Source: Felis catus (Eukaryota). From it: DNA of 64,000 bases. Of this stretch, positions 51,866 to 63,864 are shown in pieces (the first letter of the stretch is position 1; every line of letters begins with the position of its first letter). The position numbers and the translations under genes were made by a program. A model generated the notes under the pieces. It saw nothing but the letters and a program-made list of their open reading frames with translations. It was not told the origin of the DNA and did not search any database. The stretch lies in the NCBI RefSeq assembly GCF_018350175.1, contig NC_058368.1:203424001-203488000 (forward strand), written 5' to 3'.

Positions 51866-52081
51866 TATTTTTTAAAATATTTATTTTTGAGAGAGAGATA
51901 GAGTGTGAGTTGGGGTGGGGGGCGGGCAGAGAGCAGGGGCGGGGGGCACACAATCTAAGGCAGGCTCCAGGCTCTGAGCTGTCCGCACAGAGCCTGACGT
52001 AGGGCTCAAACTCACAGAACCGGGAGATCATGATCTGAGCCGAAGTCAGTGGCTTAACTGACTGAGCCACCCAGGTGCCCC
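51866..52081 (-). mobile_element. Can-SINE
   Basis: 19-bp TSD aatttagttttatttgaaa at 51847-51865 and 52082-52100. Confidence 0.93.
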
Positions 52082-52161
52082 AATTTAGTTTTATTTGAAA
52101 CAAGCCTAAGTGATACAGCTTCCCTATCCGATAAGTTTTTGAAAACTTCTAATCCTTACAA

Positions 52162-52384
52162 TTTTTTCTTTTTAGAAATTTATTTATGTATTTTAGAGAA
52201 GGAGAGTGAGAGAGAAGACAGAGAGTGGAGGAGGAGCAGAAAGAGAAGGAGACAGAGAACTCCAAGCAGGCTCGTGCTCTCAGCTCAGAGCCCAACACAG
52301 GGTTCGATCTCATGAACCATGAGATCATGACCTGAGCCTAAACCAAGAGTTGGAGCTTAACAGACTGTGCCAACCAGGCACCCC
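52162..52384 (-). mobile_element. Can-SINE
   Basis: Reverse-complement body flanked by atcctta. Confidence 0.9.
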
Positions 52385-53234
52385 TGATCCTTATATTTTT
52401 CAAATCTTTACTCTTTCAATAAACTCTTACTGTTCATATACTATTTGTGCTGGATACTTTGTATACCCAATTTTAAGTTTACTGATACTTTGGGTTTATC
52501 TTTTTATATTCTTTATTGTATTGCTGAATTCTAGACATATTTCTTATAGGATATTGTATCAATATTTAGAAAGCAGAAATCTCACTGCCTTGGTTCCAGT
52601 TCACATGTGCTCTTTTATGAACTACTGTTGCAAATCTCCCAAACATTTTGTGGGCCTACAGTCTCATAATGTTTTAAATAGAGTATTATTTCATTCCACT
52701 TAACTTTGCAACTATCTGCTTAACACTTCCAAACTACTTTCAAATTACAAATGAAAGCCTTCAAATGGCAGTTGAAGAAGTTTCAAAATGAAACAGCAAA
52801 GGTTTGAGGATGATAGGTGAATACCTTCTTAAGTTATAATATCAATTAAGCGATCTATACCCGGCTGGAAGGAAATTTCTAGTGATATTCAGTAAGACAA
52901 TATTATTGCCAACTCTATTTGAAAAGTTTCTTGAAGGATGATATCATTGCAAATTGCAGATGTGGCGAAACAGGAAGATCTTAGGGGCCAAAGATTGAAC
53001 ACTAGATGTTGACTTAAAGGAAACTGAAGCTTTGGATATAATCTCAGAGTAATGAATAGGTCCAGAAACACACTAACAAATTTACAAATATAGAGGGAGC
53101 TGAGAGTGCACAGATGAAAAAAATTCAGTTGTTTTATTTCCTTAACAGTTTTAATATGTGTCAAATACCTGTTATGTATCAGCATGCCTCTGGCTAGATT
53201 TTTGAGGTAAAAGGTAGAATTAGTTATGACCCAA

Positions 53235-53457
53235 GGGCGTCTGGGTGGTTCAGTCAGTTGAGCTTCCGACTTCAGCTCAGGTCATGATCTCACGATCTGT
53301 GAGTCTGAGCCCCGCTTCGGGCTCTGTGCTGACAGCTCAGAGCCTGGAGCCTGCTTCAGAGTCTGTGTCTCCCTCTCTCTCTGACCCTCCCCCATTCATG
53401 CTCTGTGTCTCTCTGTCTCAAAAATAAATAAACATTACAAAAATAAATTTAAAAAAA
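53235..53457 (+). mobile_element. Can-SINE
   Basis: TSD agtta(t/c)gaccca. Confidence 0.93.
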
Positions 53458-53495
53458 GAGTAAGTTACGACCCAGTGCTCAAGGAGCTTGCAGGG

Positions 53496-53719
53496 TTTTT
53501 AAAAATTTTTTTAATGTTTATTTATTTTTGAGAGAAAGAGAGAGACAGAGAGCAAGTAGGGGAGGGGCGGAGAAAGAGAGGGAGACACAGAATCCAAAAC
53601 AGGCCCCAGGCTCTGAGCTGTCAGCACAGAGCCCAACATGGGGCTCGAACCCAGGAACCATGAGATCGTGACCTGAGCTGAAGTTGGACGCTTAACCGAC
53701 CTAGCCATCCAGGTGCCCC
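53496..53719 (-). mobile_element. Can-SINE
   Basis: TSD ggagcttgcag at 53483-53493 and 53720-53730. Confidence 0.93.
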
Positions 53720-54046
53720 GGAGCTTGCAGTTTTGAGAGTGAATAATTAGGCAGAAATGGAATATAATATTTTAATAATCAAATATATTTACGGCTCACA
53801 TTAAGAGAAATGTAATTTCAAAAATTGAGTGGGTTATTTTGTGTCCCTCATTCAGAGCATAATACAGAAAAACTAAAGTCAGTTCAGAGAAGTACAATCA
53901 AGATTATGAAGAAAAGTAATGTCTAGTTTATAAAACTGAAACTGGACGCAAAAATAATAATAATGATAACATAATGAAATAAAATAATTAACTTTGAACA
54001 TTACCTATGCACTAGGCATGCCAGTGTATCAAAATTACATAATTCC

Positions 54047-54267
54047 ATTTAAAAAAATTTTTTAAACGTTTATTTATTTTTGAGACAGAGAGAGACAGAG
54101 CATGAACGGGAGAGGGGCAGAGAGAGAGGGAGACACAGAATCGGAAGCAGGCTCCAGGCTCTGAGCCATCAGCCCGGAGCCCGACGTGGGGCTCGAACTC
54201 ACGGACTGTGAGATCATGACCTGAGCTGAGGTCGGACGCTTAACTGACTGAGCCACCCAGGTGCCCC
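54047..54267 (-). mobile_element. Can-SINE
   Basis: TSD tacataattc. Confidence 0.93.
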
Positions 54268-54299
54268 TACATAATTCTATTTTAAAGGTTTGTCCTATT

Positions 54300-54430
54300 T
54301 TATTTCTATTTTACAGATGAAGAAATGAGGTTTAACACATCCAGTAATTTGCCCAAGGTCACAAAGTTATGGGTTGAAGCTTGAAACCCAGGTTTGTCTA
54401 ACTCTAGGGTTTGAGTTACTATCCGTGACA
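54300..54430 (-). mobile_element. MIR
   Basis: 'attttacagatgaagaaatgagg…taatttgcccaaggtcaca…aaacccaggtttgtctaactc'. Confidence 0.75.
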
Positions 54431-54574
54431 CTGCTTGATGTTGTCGTGATAGGTGGTCCCCAAATATCTGAGAGACCAATAGGTTTAAAAAAGATTATAA
54501 CTGCCCTAAAACAGAGCATCATCTATACCATGAAAATGACGTAGAAAAATGTGATATCAGAAATATCAGTTTAT

Positions 54575-54775
54575 GATTTCTATCTTCTACTTATTAGCTA
54601 CATGACTTTGAACAGTCTCTGAATCTCAGTCTCCTTATCCATAAAGCAGATACAATAATAACTAAATTATCCCTTAAGGATAACATTTGGATCAAATTAT
54701 ACCAAAATAAAATCTATGAAAGTATTTTGAAATGTATAAGGTATGCTTAAAATGTTTATTATTTTTATTATTATT
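54575..54775 (+). mobile_element. MIR
   Basis: 'tacttattagctacatgactttgaac…tctctgaatctcagtctccttatccataaa'. Confidence 0.65.
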
Positions 54776-55806
54776 GTGCCCATTCAGGCCAAGCAAGGAT
54801 GGACTGATAGAAAGCATCAGTAATAATTTTTAGACATGCTTTTTAAAAGTTAGGTCTCCAATGCAAATGTGACTTCCTAAACTTGTTATCAATGGATGTA
54901 CTTAAATAGAGCTTGGATGACCATTTGATTGGACAGTCAGGGAAGAGTAGGCATCAAATGGGTGTCCACAAGTTTTGAAACATTTTATTTTTCCACAATC
55001 ATACTTTTTTGAAAATACAATTTCAATGTATTTATATAACATAGGTTTTCTATTCTATAAATAGATTTCATTTTAGTAATTTTTACCTTTTGGGGAAGCA
55101 ATGAAGTCATATGCAAATCATTTCAGGGAGAAGATCTCTAAGGAAGATTTGTGGTTCTCTTTTCCCACTACTGGATGCCCTTACAGACAGAGCCTTAACA
55201 TCATAAATATAAGATAAATCATGTACATTTTACTTACAACTGTCACTACATTTTTTTTTCAGAAGACTGACTTTGAGTTTCACAATAGTTAAATATGGCA
55301 TCAAATTATATTCTCTAATAAATTCTATTTTCATGAAATATTTGCTAGCTAACAGTGCTGAACAGTTTAGCATCTCGTTCAACTTTAAGCTGCATACTTT
55401 GTCCCAAATAGTGAGAAATAGTCCATTTAGGGTATAGCAACATAAAAACTTCCGTTTTATCTTTCTCATTTCCCATATTTTTGGCCAACTGTAGAGAAAC
55501 ATTAGTCCATTAATGATAGATGCAGATGGCGTCCATCTGGTATCCATCTTTAACTCTAGAAATGGAGGCATAAGGATACTCTGAAACATTAGACTTTCAA
55601 AATCAGATGTGATCTACCAGCTCAAGGAAAAAGTTATTTGATCCATACTGATTTTTTTTTCCCACATTCTCATCTAATATTACAAACAAGATTGAGGATA
55701 ATTTTCTTTCTGAAAATAAGAGTTGTATCTTTAAGTCCACAACTTTGTCCTACTCTAAGGCAGCTAACATATCAAAATCATTGGTATCAACCTATTTTCC
55801 ACTTAC

Positions 55807-55877
55807 GGCTTATCTCAAAAATCTCTTGGTAATCACCAACATTTGAGACACCTTCCAAAATTTTTAGTGTACTCGTT
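55807..55877 (-). other. Candidate coding exon (unconfirmed)
   Basis: ttttccttatgcaaag|…AGCC|gtaagt, with a consensus donor. 71 nt, only one frame open (phase 2 to 1): TSTLKILEGVSNVGDYQEIFEIS. Confidence 0.28.
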
Positions 55878-58339
55878 CTTTGCATAAGGAAAATTCAAAT
55901 TACTCAGACATGAATGCAAATAATAAAACAGAACCACCACCACTTTACAAGATGTTATCCTGCATTGGGTCCAAAAGGAGAAAAATGATCATGTTTCTCA
56001 TCAGGGTCACCAGTAATCATAACTATCCTTTACATTCTATTTGGTTTATTTTTGAAGACAGAATATACCATGATAATGCCCTTTAGGGATACTGTGAGGA
56101 TGTAAGAATGTTCCAAAACATTTTAGGTGTTCCCAGAGGAAGTGTTAACATAAATACAAAGATACGCCATGCACTTAATAAGAAAAACAGAAAGAAAAAA
56201 AGAAAATAAAAAACAGGAATAATTACTTGAAATAAACACTTTTGTAAAGACAATGTATAAGAAACAGAATACCAATAGCAACAATAACAAGTAAACTTGA
56301 TGATGTTTTGAATAAATATTTAAGGGGAAAAAATAAATGCTCTATTCTCTTGCCAGCGTAAATTTTTAAACTTGAAAGATTTTTATATATACTTTCTCAT
56401 GCATATATGCTACCTTCTATTAACAATTTTGCTAATTTAGAGATTCTACTGATGTATGTGCATGTGCATGCATGTGTACTTTAGTTCTTCAAGTTCAAAC
56501 AAGCTAAAAGTTATTCTTATTAATATTCCCATGTCTCAAAAATATATAAAGGCATAATGTTTTTAGTCCTATACCATGTTTTTGTCACTGCACATAGCGA
56601 TTACATAATTTATTTCTTAATATTCTCACCGCCCCCAGAAAACTTACAAGGTGGTGATAGGATATTAAAGCATTTAAAAAAAAAATCTAAAGGCTTATTA
56701 TTGAAGGCTTTTAAAATTAACTACACCAAAGTCCTTTGCCCACAGCAGATTTCACTTCCCTTACAATTTTCTACTGGAAGTGGCTTCTACTTTTCTTCAT
56801 GTGTTATTTCTACGAGTTATTTTCTGTTTATAATAAAATGTAATCTACCAGATGATACAAGTGTAGATGCATTAATACAAATTTAATATCATACATTTTC
56901 AAGTGTCCTATAATGGAAGAGACCTTAGAAATCACCTAGACTTTCCCCACTAAAAATCAAGCTAAGTATCTAAAATTTCTATCGTGGATACTGGAAGTAT
57001 AGGAGGCAAGAACAGAAAAAACAAATAAGCCAAGGCCAAACCCTTTGCTAATGCATAAAAATAAAGCAGAAACCCTGGATGTTGTTCTCACCCGGGTCTT
57101 GATCATTTTGGGGAGACATTCATTAGGTTCAACACACGCCATTATACAGATGAAAAAACTAAAATCCAAAAAGATTATTTGCCTTGGTCAAAGCCATACT
57201 GTGCAGTACATTCTTTCACTCATGACTTTGTGTAACTGTGGAAATAATGGAATATTACAATATTTTAATGGAAGACTTAAAAAATATGCACGTAAACATT
57301 TCTCCATTAGCTTATAGTTTCTAACATCTCTACTGTGCTTAGGATAATAACTGCCATACAACAAGTAGTTAGCAAATACTTACTGAAAAACAAGGAAAAA
57401 TTAAAAAAAAAAAATAAGAAGAGAAGCACTGGGCCCTTAGTGAGCACTACCAAAAACTACTGAGAATCTCCTGCATATTTGTAAATATTGATGAACCCAA
57501 ATTACCAGGAAAAGATCCACTTCGGTATCCTACTTTTCAATAGAGGAGAATTTATAGTATATTTAAGAAATATTTTAATTTGAAAATGCTTAAAATCTAA
57601 AGCTTATTCACTTAAATGTGTAAGAAAATTATCTTGAAAGCCTATTTTATTGTGGATCTTCTGTAATGAAGCCAGAACAATAAAACACTATAATAAATAT
57701 GTCAAATAATATGACAAGTAATAATTTAAGTGACTATAATAATAACTCTTTCAAGTTTTAGATACACATACTGGAAATTTTTATTGACAACTGACATTCC
57801 ACATACCACGCTGGGGTTGGAAAACATTGTTTTGCTATTTTATTTTTGTTTTGGTTTTTGTTCTTTGGTTTGTCTGGTTTCCAGTATAATAAGCACTATT
57901 TTTACTCAGTGAAGCAATTTCTACCTAGGCATAAATATGTAGGATATGCAATGATTTATTACTTTAAAAAAGCAATATGTCATTTGTGAGACCCTTAACT
58001 CCAAAAATTCTGAAACTGAAGAAAGATACGCTAAAGGGATAGAAATGGGATTCCATTCTGAACTATAGTTTAATGGGGAATAAAAAGGCTTAAAGAAGAA
58101 GAGAAAGCAACAAGGACAAGAAGAAAAGGAAGAAAACAATAAAGGAACAAATAACTGACCTCAGATTTTCATAAATTATTATTATAAATAAAAGAGACAC
58201 TTGAATAAGCCTCATTTATGAAAAAAATAATTAAAAGCAGGGAAGTAAAAAGGGGCTTTAAAAAAAAACTATAATCATAAGCACAATGAAAGCCGAGAAA
58301 AGAAATCTTTGTGCAGCTAATTCCCGAATATTTGAAGGC

Positions 58340-58590
58340 AAAGGTCCTGGAGGAAGCTTGTCTAGTTTTAAACCCTGAATCTAACTTTTTCTGGTTGTAT
58401 GATGTTGGCAAGTGACAAGACCTCTCTATACTTAACTTGATTCACCCCTAAAATAGGATAATAACAATACTCAACTGTTAAGATAGATGTGAGAGTCAAG
58501 TAAAATGATTAAAACATTTTAGAGTAGGTGAAAAAACTAAAAATAATGTCTGATAAATAACAAGCAGTAAATGTTATCATTATTATTATG
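58340..58590 (+). mobile_element. MIR
   Basis: 'tgtatgatgttggcaagtgaca…cctctctatacttaac…taaaataggataataacaatac…gtgagagtcaag'. Confidence 0.65.
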
Positions 58591-58836
58591 TAATCCTCAA
58601 CTTCAAAGGAAGCACTGCCACAAATACCATCATTTTGAGATAAAAAGGAAGAAAGCTGTCACACAACTGACAAAGGGAGTGATTCTAGATCCTGTGCTCC
58701 TAACCCTTATCCAATTCAGCCTTCCAGAAATTGGAGATAACAAAGAAATCGACCCGGAGCTTGATATAGGCAAAATGCATACCCTATTTCTGATATGCAT
58801 TTGACAGATGTCACTGTGGATATGACAAGGCAGTAC

Positions 58837-59063
58837 CTCCATATTTTGTACAATTTCTTCATCCCGGTTACTTATAGGATGACAACCACATAACCGGAGC
58901 TCTACAGATTTGTTACAAGTGAAGCTGCCGTCTCCGAGTGTAGTGAGCCTCAACTCTTGACAAAAGCCTTTATATGAAAACTGGACCACCATTCTCCAGG
59001 AATGCTTTAGGAAAGGAGATAGGGCCAGATGTCCCGAAAGGTTGCTGGTGACTCTAAAACGCT
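58837..59063 (-). other. Candidate coding exon (unconfirmed)
   Basis: Lies inside the 150-aa non-repeat ORF 58630..59082. ttttcag|AG…ATGGAG|gtactg, phase 1 to 0, reading RFRVTSNLSGHLALSPFLKHSWRMVVQFSYKGFCQELRLTTLGDGSFTCNKSVELRLCGCHPISNRDEEIVQNME. Alternative donor at 58783. Confidence 0.33.
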
Positions 59064-60699
59064 CTGAAAATCCATTCAACATTGCTTACATATAACCTCT
59101 GACTACAAAATAAAATAATATGTAAACAACACTGCAAAAGATTCCCCAGTTTTTAAAAGAACCAAGTCTGTATGAAACCATAAACACATTAATTGTAAAC
59201 AAATATACAACTGCTTTCAAGTTCATCTTTTCTATTCCCTAAAGCATTTCTAATCTCTGGTTGGTAAGAGCCGATAGGTCCTAGACTGGAAACATAAAAG
59301 AAAATAAACAAAAACTAATGGGAGAGCTTTAGGAATACTTTTCAGACTTTTTACTAATCCAGGTGTCCTCTCCATAAATTGAAGTTAGGAAGATTTTACC
59401 CAAGAATCAAATCGTTTTGATGATGCATCTACACAACAGACATTTGTCTTTCTTCAGAAAATCACTTAGTGATGTTTGGACTATTTCCACCTGCTACCCC
59501 TGCCGCCTGTGAGAGCCAACGACTTTTCAGAGCTGAAAAATGCCAATATTTAAGTTTATCAGCCTGAAGCGTTGCTAAATCCATGCTGAGGGAGTTTTAC
59601 CATCTGTTGGCGCCCTCCCTTCCCCAGTCTCAGTGTGCTTAGGGAAAGAAAACACGTGTATGGGTGTGAGCAGGTTTTCAAAGGCAAAAGGGAATGAACT
59701 TTCAAATTAAATGCCCTTCAGAAACAAATTCACCCACTTGAGTTTTGCCCTTGGCCTGGGGCGACTGAAAACCAAAACAGGATGTTTTTCTAAAAGGAGT
59801 AACTGGCGCTTACCTTACTTTCTCATTATAAAGAGCAACCACCCACCTGGGTGTTACTGTTTTGCTCCAGAGGAAGAGCAATTAAAATTCAATTTGGGTC
59901 ACTTAAATCGCCAAGTTGAAAAGTCCTTCAAAATAAAACCTCAACATTTCTCAGGCATCCCTGACAACTGTTTCCTACAACTTCTAATGTTTTTCCAGGT
60001 CCTTCACAAGTGCCTTCACCCCAAAATTGGTCATATTCTTTTGCCATCTTAGGAATGACTTAGGGCTAGTGTTTCCTTTAAGGTTAATTCCAAGCACTGT
60101 TTCCATGGAAGTCTCTAACAGTATCTGCTAAACCTGTAGAGCCTTCTCCAAGGTGGGTATTGTTACCTTCACTTTACAGAAGAAACATTCAAGAGGTAGC
60201 AACGGTAGATGGCTTGCCCCAAAATAAAGAAAATCGGGGAACTACACACCAAAGCTGGTATAAGATTGGAAAAATCCTGAGAAACTCTTAGAAGAAAAAG
60301 CCCTTACGATTTATAACCTGGTTTTAAGGCAGGATTCAGAATATACTCTGAGGTAGACAGATTTTCCTTCCCATCCCTTCTAATTTTATTTGCAATAATT
60401 TTTTTCTTATTATTATAAAAATATTCCAGCTTCTGTAAAGGTTTAGGGGAGGGCCTTCAGGCGATGGCATGAAGAGGCTGGTAAATTGGGTGTGCAGAAA
60501 ACTGCTAGAGCTTTAGTTAAGAAGAGTAGAAGTCTGAATCCTTCTTGTCTAGGATGCTGCCATCACGACTACCATCCCCCGCCCCTCCTCCCACCCTGAG
60601 CACCTCCCCCACTCCCTGACCCAGCCCAGTTCAGTCTGCAAAACAGGTAGTCCTACCAGAGTGAGTCTGTCCATGAAAACGGGGCAGCAAGATGCCCGA

Positions 60700-61520
60700 G
60701 GAGACAGACACAGGATTGGTGTTGGGGGACAGAAGTGTGAATTCCACAGAAAATAAACAGGGAAAACCTGGAACTTTCAGCCTAAAGTTGCAATCTAGTT
60801 AGGGATCAATAGTGGACCAGCCAGAAATTTAATCACAGATTTTGTAGGTGAGAGAGCCATAGAAGTACAAGGTAAGCCTTGGCCGACCAGAAAACTCTGC
60901 ACATATGCAGGGAAACTCTGAGTAGCACTGCAGAAAGTAAAAGCCAAAGCAGATATCAGAACTGGCTGAACACTGAACACTGAACACTGGCTGAACACTC
61001 CTCAACCACACACAGATGGATTAGCAGAGGGCAAAAGCCTCATGGAGTTGAAGTGTTTGAGCACAACCTTGACCCAAAACACTGGGCTACGCAGATGCAA
61101 ACCACGCTAAAATAAGGAAGCCATGCTAAAAATAAGAATAAAAAGCTGAGCGGACACATCAACAGCCATATACCATAGGGGATGTAGATTCTGGTAATAA
61201 CTCCAAGCAAATTATAAGACAACAACAAAAACCCAGAAACATAGATCTGGATTGATAGCTGATGTAACATATGATTTAAAATGTCTGCCTTTCCTTAAAA
61301 AAATATTAAAAGATATAAAGTGCCAGGGAAGTGTGACTCAGAAACAGAAGCAGTCAATAGACACTGACTCTTAGTGGGCCAGATGTTGGATTTAGCAAAG
61401 ATTTCAATGCAGTTATAAATATGTTCAAATAATTATAAGAAATTATGTTCAAAGAGTGAAAGAAAAATGTAATGACAATGATTTAACAGATAGGATATCT
61501 CAATAGATAAAAGTTATAAA
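60700..61520 (+). mobile_element. Old L1 5' / ORF1 fragment (L1M-type)
   Basis: 'gaagtgtgactcag…gcagtcaatagacactgact…gccagatgttggatttagcaaagatttc…gttataaatatgttcaaa'. Confidence 0.6.
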
Positions 61521-61595
61521 AATGGATGGCTGCATCCATTATTATTAAAACTTAAAATACCATTGATAGTGTATATACTTTGTTTTCTTGCTTAC

Positions 61596-61857
61596 CTTTT
61601 ATACACATAGTATTTACAAATGATCCCCTGAAATCTATTTTCAAATTATTGGTTTGTTTCAACCACAAATTTATTGGCCATGAAGACTTTCTGGAGCATA
61701 CAATCCTTGTGGTTGAGGCCGGAAGGCAACATTCCAAAATTTCACTTGAAAAGATAAGGTATTTTCCAAGGAAGCAATTAATATAACCAAAACTCCTAAC
61801 TTGTAATGCCATTATCGGTGTACTAAGAGTAAATGTTGTTAACGGTAGAAATCCATT
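61596..61857 (-). other. Candidate coding exon (unconfirmed)
   Basis: Lies inside the 148-aa non-repeat ORF 61552..61998. gttgtatttcag|AAT…AAAAG|gtaagc, 262 nt, phase 0 to 1, compatible with the 59063 exon. The very low D/E content counts against coding. Confidence 0.33.
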
Positions 61858-62329
61858 CTGAAATACAACCCAGGACACTAAGGATACATCAAATACAGAC
61901 CCTAAAATGGAAGTAGAAACCCACTTTATAAATGACACCAGGGTCCAAAAAGTGTAAATAACTTGTTGAGGTTTACATGAGGAATAGAAAAAAGTCAAAA
62001 GTAGAAATTAAGTTTCCTGATTTCTAATAGATCCAGGGCCTCTAACATTATTATTGAAATTCAGGGTTTAGAATCTTTGTGATATGATAAACACATTTAC
62101 ATTGTAAGTTTAGGTTATCATTATGATTAATATTATGATTAGTGTACAGACCTCAAGGTTTATTTTTTAAATTAACTTTTATTGATTTGACTATTCCATA
62201 ACATTTATGTGTGTTATCATATTTGATAGTTTCATTGGGTATTTATCTCATTTATGAACAAGAAAACTAAGGCTCAGAGATGTTACATAATGTATACAAT
62301 GGTAGAAGTAATAGAAGACTTAATAATAT

Positions 62330-62545
62330 TAATCACAACTAATTATTTTGTGCATTGACTATGTATTGGGTATTCTTCTAAGCACTTGATACATTTAACA
62401 CATTTGATTCTACAACAAGCCTGTGAGGTAGTTATTCTCAATTTCCACATTTTACAGATGAGAAAATGAATGCATAGTAAGGCTGAAAAACTTTCCCAAG
62501 GTTACACAGCTAGTGAGCAATGGCGGCAGGATTTGAACCCACACC
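62330..62545 (-). mobile_element. MIR
   Basis: 'gactatgtattgggtattcttctaagcactt…ctacaacaagcctgtgaggtag…attttacagatgagaaaa…ccaaggttacacagctagtg…ggatttgaaccc'. Confidence 0.8.
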
Positions 62546-63060
62546 GTATTTGACCCCAGCTGATATGGAGTCGGATTACATAGACATGTTCTTATCTACT
62601 ATTCTCACATTATTGAATCAGACTTTTAAATCACTACATTGAAAGGCCTACCACACACACCCCGTTATTCTTCCAATAAGTTATTGGCTGTCCCATGGAC
62701 CATAAAAATCAGTCAATGGATTAAGTAGTTTGGGGTAAAATCAATATCCTTTAATATTTGATGCAATGATAAAAGATCTCCCTGCTCTGAGTTCTTCTAG
62801 TATCGGTGACTATTGTACTTTTTTGAAACATAATCATTTTTGACTTGTTTACACAGACGAGGCTGGGATTCTTGCCCACCTACAATATGTAATGGCTCCA
62901 CATCCCACCTACGTTTGTTAGCTGAGTTATTGAAGCACCAACTTGCAGTCGTTATATTAAGATAGACAAAAAATATTTTCAGGGACAATTTGATTATTTA
63001 CAAATATATATTAAGCACAAGAAAAATGAGCTCATATTGTGAGGAAAAAAATCTCTTTTC

Positions 63061-63285
63061 GGGGCGCCTGGGTGGCGCAGTCGGTTAAGCGTCCAACTTC
63101 AGCCAGGTCACAATCTCGCGGTCTGTGAGTTCGAGCCCCGCATCAGGCTCTGGGCTGATGGCTCGGAGCCTGGAGCCTGTTTCCGATTCTGTGTCTCCCT
63201 CTCTCTCTGCCCCTCCCCCGTTCATGCTCTGTCTCTCTCTGTCCCAAAAATAAATAAAAACGTTGGAAAAAAAAAAATTAAAAAA
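63061..63285 (+). mobile_element. Young feline SINEC_Fc
   Basis: Near-consensus. TSD aaaaaaatctcttttc at 63045-63060 and 63284-63299. Confidence 0.95.
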
Positions 63286-63435
63286 AAAAATCTCTTTTCT
63301 ATGGATGTACTAGTAATATAGAAGTGCATTCGAATATAATTTTTAAAGTTAGAATATGAAAAGAAGCATGAATCATGGCACTATGTAAATTTTTATTAAT
63401 ATATTTCACATTATATTTCCCTAACATCTCCTTAC

Positions 63436-63475
63436 CTCAAAAATCATTTTGGAGAATAAAAACACATACTAATAC
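63436..63475 (-). other. Candidate 40-nt exon (unconfirmed)
   Basis: Strong acceptor cattcttcttttag| and donor GAG|gtaagg. All three frames contain a stop, but an ATG at 63447 (M-I-F-E) ends in phase 0. Confidence 0.3.
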
Positions 63476-63864
63476 CTAAAAGAAGAATGACTTATTGGCA
63501 ACAAATTTGATTTTGAACCAATAGAATGGTTTTCAAATGTGCTTTCAAATGTAGTTACTAATTTTGTGGATCCCAATTTTTTCTAACAGGTATCAAATGA
63601 TCTTTTAAAGTATGCTTTTCTTTTTTACTATAACTTTTTCTTTCTACTCTGTATTTGTCCTAAGAATCCATATATCTCCTTTTTCTCAATTATGCATATA
63701 TATATTTCCCCCCCTTATTTGTATTTTTCCTCCTTGCAATTCTCCCTTCTTACCCAAGACTGCGTCCCTCTTTCTAAGATTTTTATCATTCCTAAGTTGT
63801 TTAAACTTCTCAGAGAGCAACCGTCATTGTCTAATGTATTATTATTTAAAAAGTGTTTGCACAT

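Noticed and set aside
55239..55555. 119-aa ORF with a good acceptor (catttctag) and donor (gtaagt) as an exon
   Set aside because: Its final base T would create TGA or TAG when joined to the downstream candidates, and its composition looks random. It shows how easily such exon-like units arise by chance.
57772..57810. 39-nt exon-like unit (ccaaccccag|…CCA|gtatgt)
   Set aside because: It does not resolve the phase 0 to 2 gap. In phase 0 it stops at a TAA overlapping AATAAA. It is too short to support.
60960..60999. Short tandem repeats (ctgaaca units here; also atttaacctga ~2920-2975, a ~27-bp duplication ~12770-12825, tacctaact ~44760-44800) as a CRISPR-like array
   Set aside because: They have 2-5 adjacent units and no unique spacers of constant length. 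These are ordinary slippage duplications in a eukaryotic genome.
62797..62988. 63-aa ORF and + strand acceptor-like 'gtttacacag' as an exon
   Set aside because: There is no consistent acceptor/donor pair on either strand and no recognisable homology.
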